NCBI GenBank assembly: GCA_937936355.1
Contig: CALDDM010000005.1
Span: 10,336-74,335 of the forward strand
Direction of reading: 5' to 3'
Source: Minisyncoccota bacterium
Lineage (GTDB): Bacteria; Patescibacteriota; Minisyncoccia; Moranbacterales; GCA-2747515
DNA length: 64,000 bases
The notes under the pieces were generated by a model, which was not told the DNA's origin, made no database searches, and saw only the letters and a program-made list of their open reading frames with translations. How positions within the stretch are numbered: the stretch's first letter is position 1; every line of letters begins with the position of its first letter. Of this stretch, positions 1 to 9,417 are shown piece by piece. The position numbers and the translations under genes are program-made.

Positions 1-90
1 ATCCATAGCCACAACATGATGCTCTTTTTCTAAAAGTCGCAGAGTCATATTTTTTCCCATCTTCCCGAGTCCTATGAAGCCAATTTGCAT
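1..90 (-). CDS. gnd: 6-phosphogluconate dehydrogenase-like protein, N-terminal fragment (gene runs off left edge)
   Basis: Reverse translation from the ATG at 90-88 gives MQIGFIGLGKMGKNMTLRLLEKEHHVVAMD. This is the GxGxxG Rossmann N-terminus typical of 6PGDH/YqeC-type enzymes. It lies 90 nt downstream of zwf on the same strand. Confidence 0.6.
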   Translation of the reverse strand, partial: MQIGFIGLGKMGKNMTLRLLEKEHHVVAMD

Positions 91-179
91 AAGAATTTTA
101 ATTACTATAAGTTATCTACATTGTGCTTTTTATGTAAGTGAAGATCCACTGCATGAGTCCTCCACATGCGCGCGCACCA

Positions 180-1586
180 CTATTGGATCTCCTTTGGATC
201 AGCGCCCTTTTTATATACCACCGGATCTTTTTGCTGCCATTTTTCTAAAACTGGCATCATAACCTTCCACGCCGCGTGTACCTCCTGTGTGCTTGCAAAG
301 AGGACCTGATCGCCAATCACCGCGTCATATAAAACACGTTCATAGGCATCAATCTCATCAATCTCAACTTCTTCTTGGTGATAAGAGAATGTAAAATCTT
401 TGGGTGTAATTTTATTTTCGAATCCATGTATCTTGGCAAAGAATCGCACAGTTATCTTTTCACTGGGCTGTATATCAAAAATTATTTGATTATATTGACC
501 CTCAATATCGCTATCACACAAACACGGTAATGGCTCTTTCAACGTCACTGTTATACGCGTCGACTTTTCCCTCAAGGCCTTTCCGGCACTCAAAATGAAA
601 TCTGCCCCACGCCACTTATCACTATCAATCGTTCCATGTAAACGGAAGTACGTTTCAGTCTGTGAGTTGGCGCGCGCGCCCTCAATGCTCTTGTACCCCA
701 TGTACTGACCTTGTACAGATATTTCAGCATCTGCATCAAGAACAGTTCTCTCTAGTACGCTCCCACGTTGCTTGCGTACATGATGTGCGTCAAACACACC
801 TGGGTTATCCATCGCTACTAGCGAAAACATTTGCAAAAGATGATTTTGACCCACGTCTCGCAAAGCTCCAATGCCATCGTAGAACTTACCACGCGTGTCC
901 ACATCTATTGTTTCATGTAATTCTATCTCAATTTTTTTTATGTACTCACCATTCCATATTGGTGCAAAAAGAAGATTGGCAAATCGAAACATAATAATAT
1001 TCTGCACTGTCTCCTTTGCGAGATAGTGGTCTATGCGATAAATTTGCTCCTCCTTAAAGAGTCTCCCCAATAGGTCGTCAAGCTCTCTTGCACTTACCAG
1101 ATCGTTGCCGAATGGTTTTTCGATAAGTACGCGCGTCCAACCATTTTCGGAATCACAAGTCTGTGCCAGACCACTATTATGCAAGTGCTCTAAAAGTGAC
1201 TCATAGAATCGTGGTGACACACTCAGATGAAAGATTTTATTTGTACATTGACCAATGTCATCATCAATCTTTGCAAGCTCACTACGCAGTCCCGTATAGA
1301 GCTCTTTAGTATCGAAGGATCCTCGCACATAACGTACTAGTGATAAAAACTCATTTTTTTTATCATCCCCTCCAACAAGATGCTCTGACACAAGTTTACG
1401 AAATGATTCTTCCGTGTAGTCACTATGCGCTGCACCGACAACTGCAAACTGTTCTGGTAAACGATTTTTTTTGTAGAGGTCGAAAAGTGATGGAAAGAGC
1501 TTCTTCCTTGATAAATCGCCTGTTCCCCCAAAAATTACAAAGACAGTAGGAATATTAAACCGCTTTGACTTTTCATTGTTGTTCAT
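180..1586 (-). CDS. zwf: glucose-6-phosphate 1-dehydrogenase
   Basis: Motifs FVIFGGTGDLSRKKL (NADP site), EKPFG and RIDHYLAKETVQNI (G6PD active-site signature). The ORF track extends to 1625 via a TTG. The ATG at 1586 (MNNNEKSKRF...) is the likelier start. Confidence 0.9.
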   Translation of the reverse strand: MNNNEKSKRFNIPTVFVIFGGTGDLSRKKLFPSLFDLYKKNRLPEQFAVVGAAHSDYTEESFRKLVSEHLVGGDDKKNEFLSLVRYVRGSFDTKELYTGLRSELAKIDDDIGQCTNKIFHLSVSPRFYESLLEHLHNSGLAQTCDSENGWTRVLIEKPFGNDLVSARELDDLLGRLFKEEQIYRIDHYLAKETVQNIIMFRFANLLFAPIWNGEYIKKIEIELHETIDVDTRGKFYDGIGALRDVGQNHLLQMFSLVAMDNPGVFDAHHVRKQRGSVLERTVLDADAEISVQGQYMGYKSIEGARANSQTETYFRLHGTIDSDKWRGADFILSAGKALREKSTRITVTLKEPLPCLCDSDIEGQYNQIIFDIQPSEKITVRFFAKIHGFENKITPKDFTFSYHQEEVEIDEIDAYERVLYDAVIGDQVLFASTQEVHAAWKVMMPVLEKWQQKDPVVYKKGADPKEIQ

Positions 1587-1682
1587 AATACTTTCATTCA
1601 CTACCTTAATACCCTTACCTCGCAAGCTTCGTCATAAACACATCTTTACAACGCCCCTCTTTTTTTATGCTAACCCTTCGCA

Positions 1683-2324
1683 CTAGTCACTTGCATTTTC
1701 CGTTGCAATTGCCAGCTCGTGAATTGCACTCACAGGATCATCTGCTTGTGAAATCGCACTCCCGACGCCAGCAGCGTCCAGCTGCCTTGTGGCAACTTCC
1801 TTTATTGTCTTCATGTTAACGCCACCATCAACACTCACCCATATCTCTGTGCGCCGATCCCTTATGAAGGGTACTTTCTCAAGCATCTCCTCTATGAACG
1901 GTGCGCCCTGTTTCCCCGGCACGACTGTCATGATTTGCACAGCATCAATCTCATCCATATAGGTGTAAATCTCTTCAGGATGCGTCTGTGGCGCCAATGA
2001 AATACCCTTTGTAAAATCATACGGATCCATTGCGCGCAAGACCGCAGAAGGACTCTCCACTGCACCAAAAGAGAAGTATACGCGATCTGCGCCGATTGCA
2101 CTGCATGCATCAAAGTATTTCTCAGGATTTGTCGTCATGAGATGTACCTCAATTGCTAAGTCATCCAGCTCGCCCACCACATCCCCCAGATTAAATGTCT
2201 TAGCATCGGTCATTGTACCGTCCATCACATCGATCTGAATCCACGGCACAACACTGCGAATAGCCTCAATTTGCCTGACTGCGTCTTCGCTCTTTTTTGT
2301 CAATATCGCTGGTACAATTAGCAT
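1683..2324 (-). CDS. rpe: ribulose-phosphate 3-epimerase-like protein (divergent)
   Basis: 213 aa TIM-barrel pattern IDVMDG, HLM, MTVVPGKQGAPF and VDGGVN as in the Rpe family. Pentose-phosphate gene neighbourhood. Confidence 0.7.
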   Translation of the reverse strand: MLIVPAILTKKSEDAVRQIEAIRSVVPWIQIDVMDGTMTDAKTFNLGDVVGELDDLAIEVHLMTTNPEKYFDACSAIGADRVYFSFGAVESPSAVLRAMDPYDFTKGISLAPQTHPEEIYTYMDEIDAVQIMTVVPGKQGAPFIEEMLEKVPFIRDRRTEIWVSVDGGVNMKTIKEVATRQLDAAGVGSAISQADDPVSAIHELAIATENASD

Positions 2325-2345
2325 CTCTTTATCATAAGTATATTA

Positions 2346-3776
2346 TCACCCTCGTAATCCAAAAATATTTTTTACGAGATTTTTTTTACGTGCACTATAA
2401 CTTTTTGCACGGAACTGATCTGCACAGTTCCTTAGCCCATAGCTGTATGTTGGATATGCATGAATTGTATCAGAAAGCTTTGTTATAGAAATATTGTTTT
2501 GCATTGCAAGCGCAATTTCATTGATCATTTCGCCTGCTGGTCCACCCACAATCGTAGCTCCTACAATCAAGCCTTTCCGATTTGTGATTATGCGGAAGAA
2601 ACCCTCCTGGGCAACGTCTGTGATCGCACGATCTACAAAATCATACCCTTTGTCAAATACATAATGAGACTTAGGATCAAACACATTGTCCTGCGTGGAG
2701 ATTCCAATTGAAGCAACCTCCGGAGCCGTGAACGTCGCTCGAGGGATAACCTTACTCATCTTCGCTGGTATGTGAAAAATGATGTTTGTCAACGCCACCT
2801 TTCCCATATGATTTGCATAGTGTGTAAACTTCCACGGCGTTGCAACATCGCCTACCGCATATATATGCGTGACTGTTGTTTGTGTTTTCTCATTTACTTG
2901 TATTCCCTTTCTCACATCGTACTCTACACCTGCCTTTTCAAGACACAAATTCTCAACATTAGGCTGTCGTCCGACAGCAACAAGAATCTCGTCTGCTATA
3001 ATTTCTTGAGATTTATCTTCAGTATCATTCTTTATTGTGACAACTTTCTTGCCATCGCGCACAAACACTTCGCGTACTTCACTCTTGTAAAAAATATTGA
3101 TGCCATCGGACTTTAGAGACCTGTCAACAATTTCTCCAGCTTCTTTTTCATCACGTCCCAACACAACCTCATCACGCGTAATGATATTTACAGCAACTCC
3201 AAGTCGCGCAAATGCCTGTCCCAACTCACATCCAATTGGCCCACTCCCAATTATTGTAAGGGATTTAAATGTGTCAGCCTCAAAAATTGTACGATTTGTC
3301 TTTGGATTTACGGACGCAAGGCCTTTGATAGGCAGGTCGGCAGGTCGCGCTCCGGTTGCGATTACAATTTTTTTCCCACTAATATTTTTACCATTAACCT
3401 CTACAGTATGAGAGTTCACAAAACGAGCGAAGCCCATTTCAATGTCAACTCCATTTCTCTTGATCTCTTCTGGATCCTCAAATCGATTTTCAATATCTGC
3501 AACCACATTACGAACATGTGCCAGAACAGCGTGCACATCACAATCAGTATCTGACATAGAAGATAAGCCAACTTTTTCTCGTTCATTGCTGGCGTGCGCA
3601 ATATGCGCTGCTTTGATCAGCGCCTTTGACGGGATACATCCATAATGCGTGCAGTCACCCCCGAGCTTCTCTCCCTCTATCAGAATCACTCGCGCGCCAA
3701 TACCTGCAGCTCCGATTGCTGCTGTCAGTCCACCGCCCCCAGCTCCAATCACCACAATGTCATAGTCGTAAGCCAT
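2346..3776 (-). CDS. class-I pyridine nucleotide-disulfide oxidoreductase (Lpd/GR/MerA-like)
   Basis: N-terminal FAD fold VVIGAGGGG, redox-active GGDCTHYGCIPSK (CxxxxC), second Rossmann IIGSGPIGCE and C-terminal dimerisation motif IHAYPT. Substrate cannot be assigned. Confidence 0.8.
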   Translation of the reverse strand: MAYDYDIVVIGAGGGGLTAAIGAAGIGARVILIEGEKLGGDCTHYGCIPSKALIKAAHIAHASNEREKVGLSSMSDTDCDVHAVLAHVRNVVADIENRFEDPEEIKRNGVDIEMGFARFVNSHTVEVNGKNISGKKIVIATGARPADLPIKGLASVNPKTNRTIFEADTFKSLTIIGSGPIGCELGQAFARLGVAVNIITRDEVVLGRDEKEAGEIVDRSLKSDGINIFYKSEVREVFVRDGKKVVTIKNDTEDKSQEIIADEILVAVGRQPNVENLCLEKAGVEYDVRKGIQVNEKTQTTVTHIYAVGDVATPWKFTHYANHMGKVALTNIIFHIPAKMSKVIPRATFTAPEVASIGISTQDNVFDPKSHYVFDKGYDFVDRAITDVAQEGFFRIITNRKGLIVGATIVGGPAGEMINEIALAMQNNISITKLSDTIHAYPTYSYGLRNCADQFRAKSYSARKKNLVKNIFGLRG

Positions 3777-3805
3777 GTAATAATATTTTCTTTATAAGCC
3801 TGTGA

Positions 3806-3823
3806 TGTAAAGAATACTTTACA
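3806..3823 (-). promoter_or_regulatory. perfect palindrome TGTAAAG-AATA-CTTTACA overlapping the putative -35 (TTTACA) of the oxidoreductase gene
   Basis: Read directly. Lies 30-47 nt upstream of the ATG at 3776. Member of a 4-site motif family (see 10687, 36145, 46987). Confidence 0.5.
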
Positions 3824-3853
3824 TTTTAGAAATTTACAAGAGACCCTTCCTGG

Positions 3854-4672
3854 TTAACTATGCTCGTCATCATACTCCTGATAAATGATCGCACCGCACA
3901 TCTTGCAGTGCACTGCATTATAGTCATGGTACTTCAATCCGCATTTACCACATGTTATAGATTGCTTTCGCGAAGAAAGCATATATAAACGAATGAGCGA
4001 GCTAAGATAAATAGGGATCAGAAACAAGCTAGAGATAATTACGCCGACGATCAATAGCCTTCCCTGTGGCGTGACTGGCACGATGTCGCCGTATCCCACT
4101 GTTGTCATTGTTACAACAGCCAAATAGATCGCATCATCAAAGGAATCGACATCCTGATTCACTCCTTTTTCAAACGTATAAAGCAGAGAGGCCGCCATAT
4201 AAAGAAAGACAAGGAAAGATGCTACGATCTTAAAGATTAAGGCGAATTTTTTTGCCCTTATGCGATGCGGATACTTTTTGGTATAGCGATCCAGAAAACG
4301 AAACATCTTGAGCACACGAAATCCTCGTAAAAACTGCAATGAAGGCGCGCCGATAAAAAATGGAACGATAGCCAATACGTCAATGATGTTTGCAAGTGAA
4401 AAACTATACGCCAATCGCTTATGTGCATAGTAAATGCGTAGAAAAACTTCAATCACAAAAACTCCCATGATGAGTGTGTCAGCATGATGAATAATTTTCA
4501 ACAGATCCTCTGGCAACGGATATGTCTGCAACACAAAAAAGATTACACTTATCCCAATGAGGACTAGGAGTATGGTATCAAAAATTACATTGCCATAAGC
4601 ATCTCTGTCGTCACGGAAAAGCTGTGCAATATTTTTCTGACTAAAGAAACGTTTTGAGCGAAATTTCTTCAT
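3854..4672 (-). CDS. voltage-gated-type K+ channel with C-terminal zinc-ribbon
   Basis: Selectivity filter TTVGYGD, S4-like segment LRGFRVLKMFRFLDR with a basic residue every third position, and a six-TM layout. C-terminal CGKCG...HCKMCG four-Cys ribbon. Confidence 0.75.
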   Translation of the reverse strand: MKKFRSKRFFSQKNIAQLFRDDRDAYGNVIFDTILLVLIGISVIFFVLQTYPLPEDLLKIIHHADTLIMGVFVIEVFLRIYYAHKRLAYSFSLANIIDVLAIVPFFIGAPSLQFLRGFRVLKMFRFLDRYTKKYPHRIRAKKFALIFKIVASFLVFLYMAASLLYTFEKGVNQDVDSFDDAIYLAVVTMTTVGYGDIVPVTPQGRLLIVGVIISSLFLIPIYLSSLIRLYMLSSRKQSITCGKCGLKYHDYNAVHCKMCGAIIYQEYDDEHS

Positions 4673-4773
4673 GCAGTCATTATATCATTGGGTCAAAAAA
4701 ATAGAGAATGTCATTGCAATTACATTGCGGCGTTTGCATTAGAACTTGTAATCATCATAAAGAATAAATCATT

Positions 4774-5424
4774 TTATTGATCAATTTTTTTACCAATGTA
4801 GCTCAACACTACGAGACCAACGATACCCATGCCAAGTGTGATGGGACTCAGTGCACCCAGACCTTTACCCAGCACAACAAATGCAGCCGTGCCTGGTATC
4901 AGGCCGATAGCTGTGCCTAGGATGTAGTCTTTGGCACGGACACATGTAATGCCAAGTAAATAATTAATAATATTAAATGGAAAGACAGGAATAAGTCTGA
5001 TTGCGATTACAGTCAGCATGCCCTTTTTTGCTATCTTTTGGTCGAATTCCTTCACGCGTGGGTATTTCGGCAGTACCTTGTCACTCAAATATTCACGAAA
5101 TAGGTAGCGACCTATATAAAATGCAGCGACTGCCCCCAAAACATTACCAATCCACGCGATCGCAAGCGCAATGAGAAATTGCCCAAACCCTCCGGTGAAA
5201 ATACTCCCCGTGAGTAGCGTTAGAGGTGCTCCAGGCAAAAGAGTCACCGCACCTATAATTTTTGCACAAACCAGTGCCAGCGCTACAAGGAGCACATTTT
5301 CAGTAGCATTATTCTTTAAAAGGTCCAAGATACCCAATAGAGTCTCCTTATTGATTAATGCGCAGATAATTAGTCCAACCCAAAAAACTGCAGCAACCAC
5401 TTTCCTCATGTCTCTTTTTTGCAT
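4774..5424 (-). CDS. TVP38/TMEM64 family (DedA superfamily) membrane protein
   Basis: 216 aa polytopic. Motif LLPGAPLTLLTGSIFGGFGQF is typical of SNARE-associated/TVP38 proteins. Confidence 0.6.
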   Translation of the reverse strand: MQKRDMRKVVAAVFWVGLIICALINKETLLGILDLLKNNATENVLLVALALVCAKIIGAVTLLPGAPLTLLTGSIFTGGFGQFLIALAIAWIGNVLGAVAAFYIGRYLFREYLSDKVLPKYPRVKEFDQKIAKKGMLTVIAIRLIPVFPFNIINYLLGITCVRAKDYILGTAIGLIPGTAAFVVLGKGLGALSPITLGMGIVGLVVLSYIGKKIDQ

Positions 5425-5428
5425 TTTT

Positions 5429-5878
5429 TTAGCTTAACAAATCTTGTGCCTTTTTTATGCGTCTCGCATATTTTTCTTGGTCTGAGAAATCAATAATCAA
5501 AAAATGCTTAATGGCCTCGATAGCAGCATCATAATCAACGAATCGCGCACCTAGAGAAAGAATATTAGCGTCATTGTGCTCTCGTGCCAACTTTACAATC
5601 TTTATGTCATGACCATAGTACACACATGCACGACTGCCTCGCACTCGATTTGCCGCTATCGCTTCTCCCTGACCCGATCCGCCAAGAATAATGCCACGAC
5701 TACCAGGATTTGCCACAACCGCCTTAGTTGCGGGAACAACAAAGTCAGGATAATCATCTTGCGCCGCGTAAGCATAGGCACCAAAATCTTTCACTTGATG
5801 GTTATTGTCCAAAAGCCACTGCACAATTCTTTCCTTAAGCTCAAAGCCCGCATGGTCAGAACCAATATATATTTTCAT
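5429..5878 (-). CDS. rpiB: ribose-5-phosphate isomerase B
   Basis: MKIYIGSDHAGFELKE N-terminus and GIILGGSGQGEAIAANR are typical of RpiB/LacAB. Confidence 0.85.
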   Translation of the reverse strand: MKIYIGSDHAGFELKERIVQWLLDNNHQVKDFGAYAYAAQDDYPDFVVPATKAVVANPGSRGIILGGSGQGEAIAANRVRGSRACVYYGHDIKIVKLAREHNDANILSLGARFVDYDAAIEAIKHFLIIDFSDQEKYARRIKKAQDLLS

Positions 5879-5912
5879 TTTTTTGTATTAATACTTTTAT
5901 TATAGTAAATAA

Positions 5913-6371
5913 TCAGAGACTCTTTTTCTTCAACAGATATTTTTGATGATATTCCTCTGCAAGATAAAAATCTGAGATTGGCAATATTTCTGTTGCATAG
6001 AATACGCCATCCTTTTGCTCCCCAGCCTCTTTCAAGTCATGCGCGATCCTACGTTGCTCTTGATCCTCATAAAAAATAACGCTTCTGTATTGCGATCCCA
6101 CGTCTGGACCCTGTCGATTGACCTGCCAAGGATCATGCATTTTATAAAATGCATCTATAAGGTACTGCGTTGGCAGTAATGCAGTGTCGTAGAGTACACG
6201 CGCAACCTCCGCATGTCCAGTTTTTCCTGTGCAGACTTGTTCATATGTGGGATGAGCGATCATTCCTCCAGAGTAGCCTACATCTGTTTCTCTAACACCT
6301 TTGATTATCCGTATTTTTTCTTCAATACCCCAAAAGCAACCAGCGCCAAGAACGATTTTTTTTTCACTCAT
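5913..6371 (-). CDS. msrA: peptide-methionine (S)-S-oxide reductase MsrA (cytoplasmic form)
   Basis: GAGCFWGIEE catalytic motif and no signal peptide. The start is taken at the ATG at 6371 (MSEKKIV...), because the longer ORF to 6416 would overlap the upstream gene. Confidence 0.85.
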   Translation of the reverse strand: MSEKKIVLGAGCFWGIEEKIRIIKGVRETDVGYSGGMIAHPTYEQVCTGKTGHAEVARVLYDTALLPTQYLIDAFYKMHDPWQVNRQGPDVGSQYRSVIFYEDQEQRRIAHDLKEAGEQKDGVFYATEILPISDFYLAEEYHQKYLLKKKSL

Positions 6372-6388
6372 AGCAATTACGTAATACC

Positions 6389-7021
6389 TTACTCTTGTAA
6401 CAATTTTGATACCCACTCACTCATCTCTTGATAAGCACCTTCACCGAAATGCGTGTGTCGAATATTACCTTTTTTGTCAATGAGGTAATGTGCAGGCCAA
6501 TAACGATTATTGTAATTTCTCCATGTGGCAAAATCATTGTCCTGCGCGATGGGATATGTAAGGCCATGCCTCAGAACCTCTTTGCGCACATTCTCGATCT
6601 TTCTTTCATAGGCAAACTCTGGCGCATGTAATCCAAGGATCACAAACCCATCATTTCCATACTTCTCATATAAAGCCTGGACATGTGACAAAGTACGAAT
6701 ACAGTTTATGCAGCCATAAGTCCAGAAATCGATCAAAACAACCTCTCCCCTCAGCTCCTCAAGTGACAAAATTGGCTCACTATTTATCCAATTTGTTAAC
6801 CCGATAATTTCTGGCGCCCGTATTTGTGCAGACTGCATTGTATTGTCAACAGATTCCTCTGTGACCGAAGAATTTTCCACACTCTCCGAAGATTCTTCTC
6901 TGGCATCTTGTGCGCCATGGCTACCTTGAATATCTTGATTAGATTTCTCTTGCATAGCTCCATCAGCTGCTGCGCAACCCGAGATTATAATGAGCACTGT
7001 GATGATAAAAATGTTCTTCAT
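6389..7021 (-). CDS. exported thioredoxin-fold lipoprotein (DipZ C-terminal/redoxin-like)
   Basis: Lipobox IISGC after an N-terminal signal. WTYGCINC CxxC thioredoxin-fold motif followed by a redoxin-like region. Confidence 0.7.
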   Translation of the reverse strand: MKNIFIITVLIIISGCAAADGAMQEKSNQDIQGSHGAQDAREESSESVENSSVTEESVDNTMQSAQIRAPEIIGLTNWINSEPILSLEELRGEVVLIDFWTYGCINCIRTLSHVQALYEKYGNDGFVILGLHAPEFAYERKIENVRKEVLRHGLTYPIAQDNDFATWRNYNNRYWPAHYLIDKKGNIRHTHFGEGAYQEMSEWVSKLLQE

Positions 7022-7057
7022 AGAAAAATACTATTACTGCAACTGCACATTACTTTA

Positions 7058-7705
7058 TTAACTCTCTATGAGGTCGAGAAAGTGCTGTTGCGTAATATCC
7101 TGTCCGTGGAGTATTGAGTGCAGTGAACCATCGCGATTAATGAGGGCTTTTGTGTTTGTAAATCGAATGCCATAGTGGCGCGTCACAACATTGTCTTGCA
7201 TGACTAGAGAGAGTGTCGTTGGTCGGTTTTGCAGATATCTTCGCGTTGCCGCCTCAGAGTCAATCCCTATCAAAACAACTTCTACTTGATCGCCGTATTG
7301 CGCCTGTAATGCCTCCATTTTTGGGAGATTGCGACGACAATTCGGACAATGCTCTGCAAAGAAATCAACGATCACAGGCTTTACTTCACGAAAGTCAGAA
7401 AGTGTAAATACCTCTCCCGGACGGTCTAAGTGCGCAAGAGAGAAATCTGGCGCGTAATCAATCAATGGAGCTGCAGGAGTATTCTCAACCTCTACAATCT
7501 CTAGGCGTTCAGGGTTTTCTTGGATGCTATCATCAACGCCAAATCCGTTATTTTCTGTATCAGACACAGGAAGTGGTATTTTTTGGGAAAGATCATTTTT
7601 TTTTGCAGCGTCACTAGACATGACACGATCCCTGCTAATATAAAAACCAAGAGCAACAAAGCAAAGAATTAAAGAGCCAAGAAAGATGAAGATTTTTTTT
7701 CTCAT
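7058..7705 (-). CDS. membrane-anchored TlpA/ResA-like thiol-disulfide oxidoreductase
   Basis: N-terminal TM helix and a thioredoxin fold with FFAEHCPNCRR CxxC motif. Confidence 0.7.
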   Translation of the reverse strand: MRKKIFIFLGSLILCFVALGFYISRDRVMSSDAAKKNDLSQKIPLPVSDTENNGFGVDDSIQENPERLEIVEVENTPAAPLIDYAPDFSLAHLDRPGEVFTLSDFREVKPVIVDFFAEHCPNCRRNLPKMEALQAQYGDQVEVVLIGIDSEAATRRYLQNRPTTLSLVMQDNVVTRHYGIRFTNTKALINRDGSLHSILHGQDITQQHFLDLIES

Positions 7706-7721
7706 GTAATTTTTTCGTTTA

Positions 7722-8372
7722 TTACTCGACCACTAAACCTTCAGGATACTGCAAAGAAAATTCACCAAGAGTGCTAATGTCAAAAGGTAAAAAAGTGAGA
7801 TCTTTAGACAAAGCTTCATCAACAACAAGTTCCTTGCCAGATGCGCTCGCCCAAAACCTACTACCACCTCCTCTACTTTCCAGAACAAGAGCCCCATCCC
7901 ACAAAGCATCAGTCGCCTCAAAATAGACAGATGCTCCGCCAAGAACGCGACTTGCTATCACTGCCGTCTCACATGTCGCACAAAATGCCACAAGTATTGG
8001 CTGTCCACTTATGCTATCGTTGATAACCTCATACCTACTCAACAGATCAAATGAGTAAAAAAGATGGCGTGTGCCAGCAGAAGCAACAATACCTCGCTGT
8101 GAGGACTGTGATTCTGCTTGTGCGACACTGATTCGCGCTGGATAGTCTATAGATGAATCAAGCAAGCCTCCAACCACCTTCTTGCTGAGTTGTTCAGAAA
8201 GAACGGTAGAATCCATTCCACGATCGATCAACACTTGCTCAACGCTCACGTTTTGTGATTGATTAAAAGCAACAGCTAGGCCAAGTAATCCCACAAAAAG
8301 CAAGGCTATTACCCATTTTTTTTTCTGAAATATTTTCCACAGCATAGCAGTGAGCTTATTGAAACCTCGCAA
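7722..8372 (-). CDS. DUF3179-like exported protein (short form)
   Basis: N-terminal TM anchor. ILVAFCATCETAVIASR aligns with the Cys-x-x-Cys core of the neighbouring DUF3179 paralog. Confidence 0.5.
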   Translation of the reverse strand: MRGFNKLTAMLWKIFQKKKWVIALLFVGLLGLAVAFNQSQNVSVEQVLIDRGMDSTVLSEQLSKKVVGGLLDSSIDYPARISVAQAESQSSQRGIVASAGTRHLFYSFDLLSRYEVINDSISGQPILVAFCATCETAVIASRVLGGASVYFEATDALWDGALVLESRGGGSRFWASASGKELVVDEALSKDLTFLPFDISTLGEFSLQYPEGLVVE

Positions 8373-8395
8373 AAGCAGATAGAATCATAATACCA

Positions 8396-9403
8396 TTATT
8401 TATGTAAGTCAGTGTCAGGATGTATACTCACCCACGAGATCCAAAAACTCGGAATTGCTGTAAGCTGTATTTCTTTTACATCTGTTATGTCATAAAATTC
8501 TGCAATGCCCTTGCGAGCATTAAATGTTACACGTAATTTCCGATCGCCAATAACATCCTCAAATGATTGATCTCGCTCTAGAGCACTAACGAGATAAGCC
8601 TTTGACTTTCCACCAACAATCAATCCCAACACAATATCCGTTTTTTCCAAACGATCATCATCACCTGAAAATCGAAATATTGGCTCAATGTTTCTCAGAT
8701 CACCACCATATGGCACACTACTGTACCCAAAGATCTTTTTGTGATTCTCATCCCCTATAAGCACTTCGCCCTCTGGAAAATTTTCTACAAATTTCTTGTA
8801 CTGTGTAATATCAAACCGTACTATATCAAGCTTTTGCCCGGAAGCAGGTCCAACAACAGCCTCACCAAGTGCCTGTGACCACAGTGACTCTGGGTTACCC
8901 CTGTTATACATCAAGAGATTTGACTCCCACAACTTCCCTGATACACCAAATTCCTGCTTTGTGCCATCCACTTCTGGATCAAAAACAATACCTGTAAAAC
9001 ACAGTGGGCAATATGTAACAAGTAACGACTCACCTTCAAAGGTATCATTGACTATTTCATGAGAAACAAGAATCTGGTAGGGGTAAAATCGGGCTTTTCC
9101 ATTGCGCTCGATCACAATGCCATCACCATCTGCATTCATCCAATCTGGCACATCACTCACGAGCGCGTATGCAGGATTGTCAATTGGCTTGATGCCGTCT
9201 TTTGGTACGCCACCACTCAAAATCTCACTCAAGTCTATTGATGCGCGAACACCATCTTGCTCCAGAAGGTTATTTACTGAATTTGGTTCGTTGATATATA
9301 CATCGCCAGACACATCAGATTCAAGACTAATAGGCTCCGAAATAGTACTCGAACATCCCGATAATGTTGCAGTCACAAGCCCTACAAAAAATAATCCCCT
9401 CAT
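8396..9403 (-). CDS. DUF3179 family lipoprotein
   Basis: Lipobox LSGC. DGIKPIDNP...LLVTYCPLCFTGIVF...VSGKLWESNLLMYD-like pattern is characteristic of DUF3179. Confidence 0.65.
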   Translation of the reverse strand: MRGLFFVGLVTATLSGCSSTISEPISLESDVSGDVYINEPNSVNNLLEQDGVRASIDLSEILSGGVPKDGIKPIDNPAYALVSDVPDWMNADGDGIVIERNGKARFYPYQILVSHEIVNDTFEGESLLVTYCPLCFTGIVFDPEVDGTKQEFGVSGKLWESNLLMYNRGNPESLWSQALGEAVVGPASGQKLDIVRFDITQYKKFVENFPEGEVLIGDENHKKIFGYSSVPYGGDLRNIEPIFRFSGDDDRLEKTDIVLGLIVGGKSKAYLVSALERDQSFEDVIGDRKLRVTFNARKGIAEFYDITDVKEIQLTAIPSFWISWVSIHPDTDLHK

Positions 9404-9417
9404 AATCTCTATGCAAA

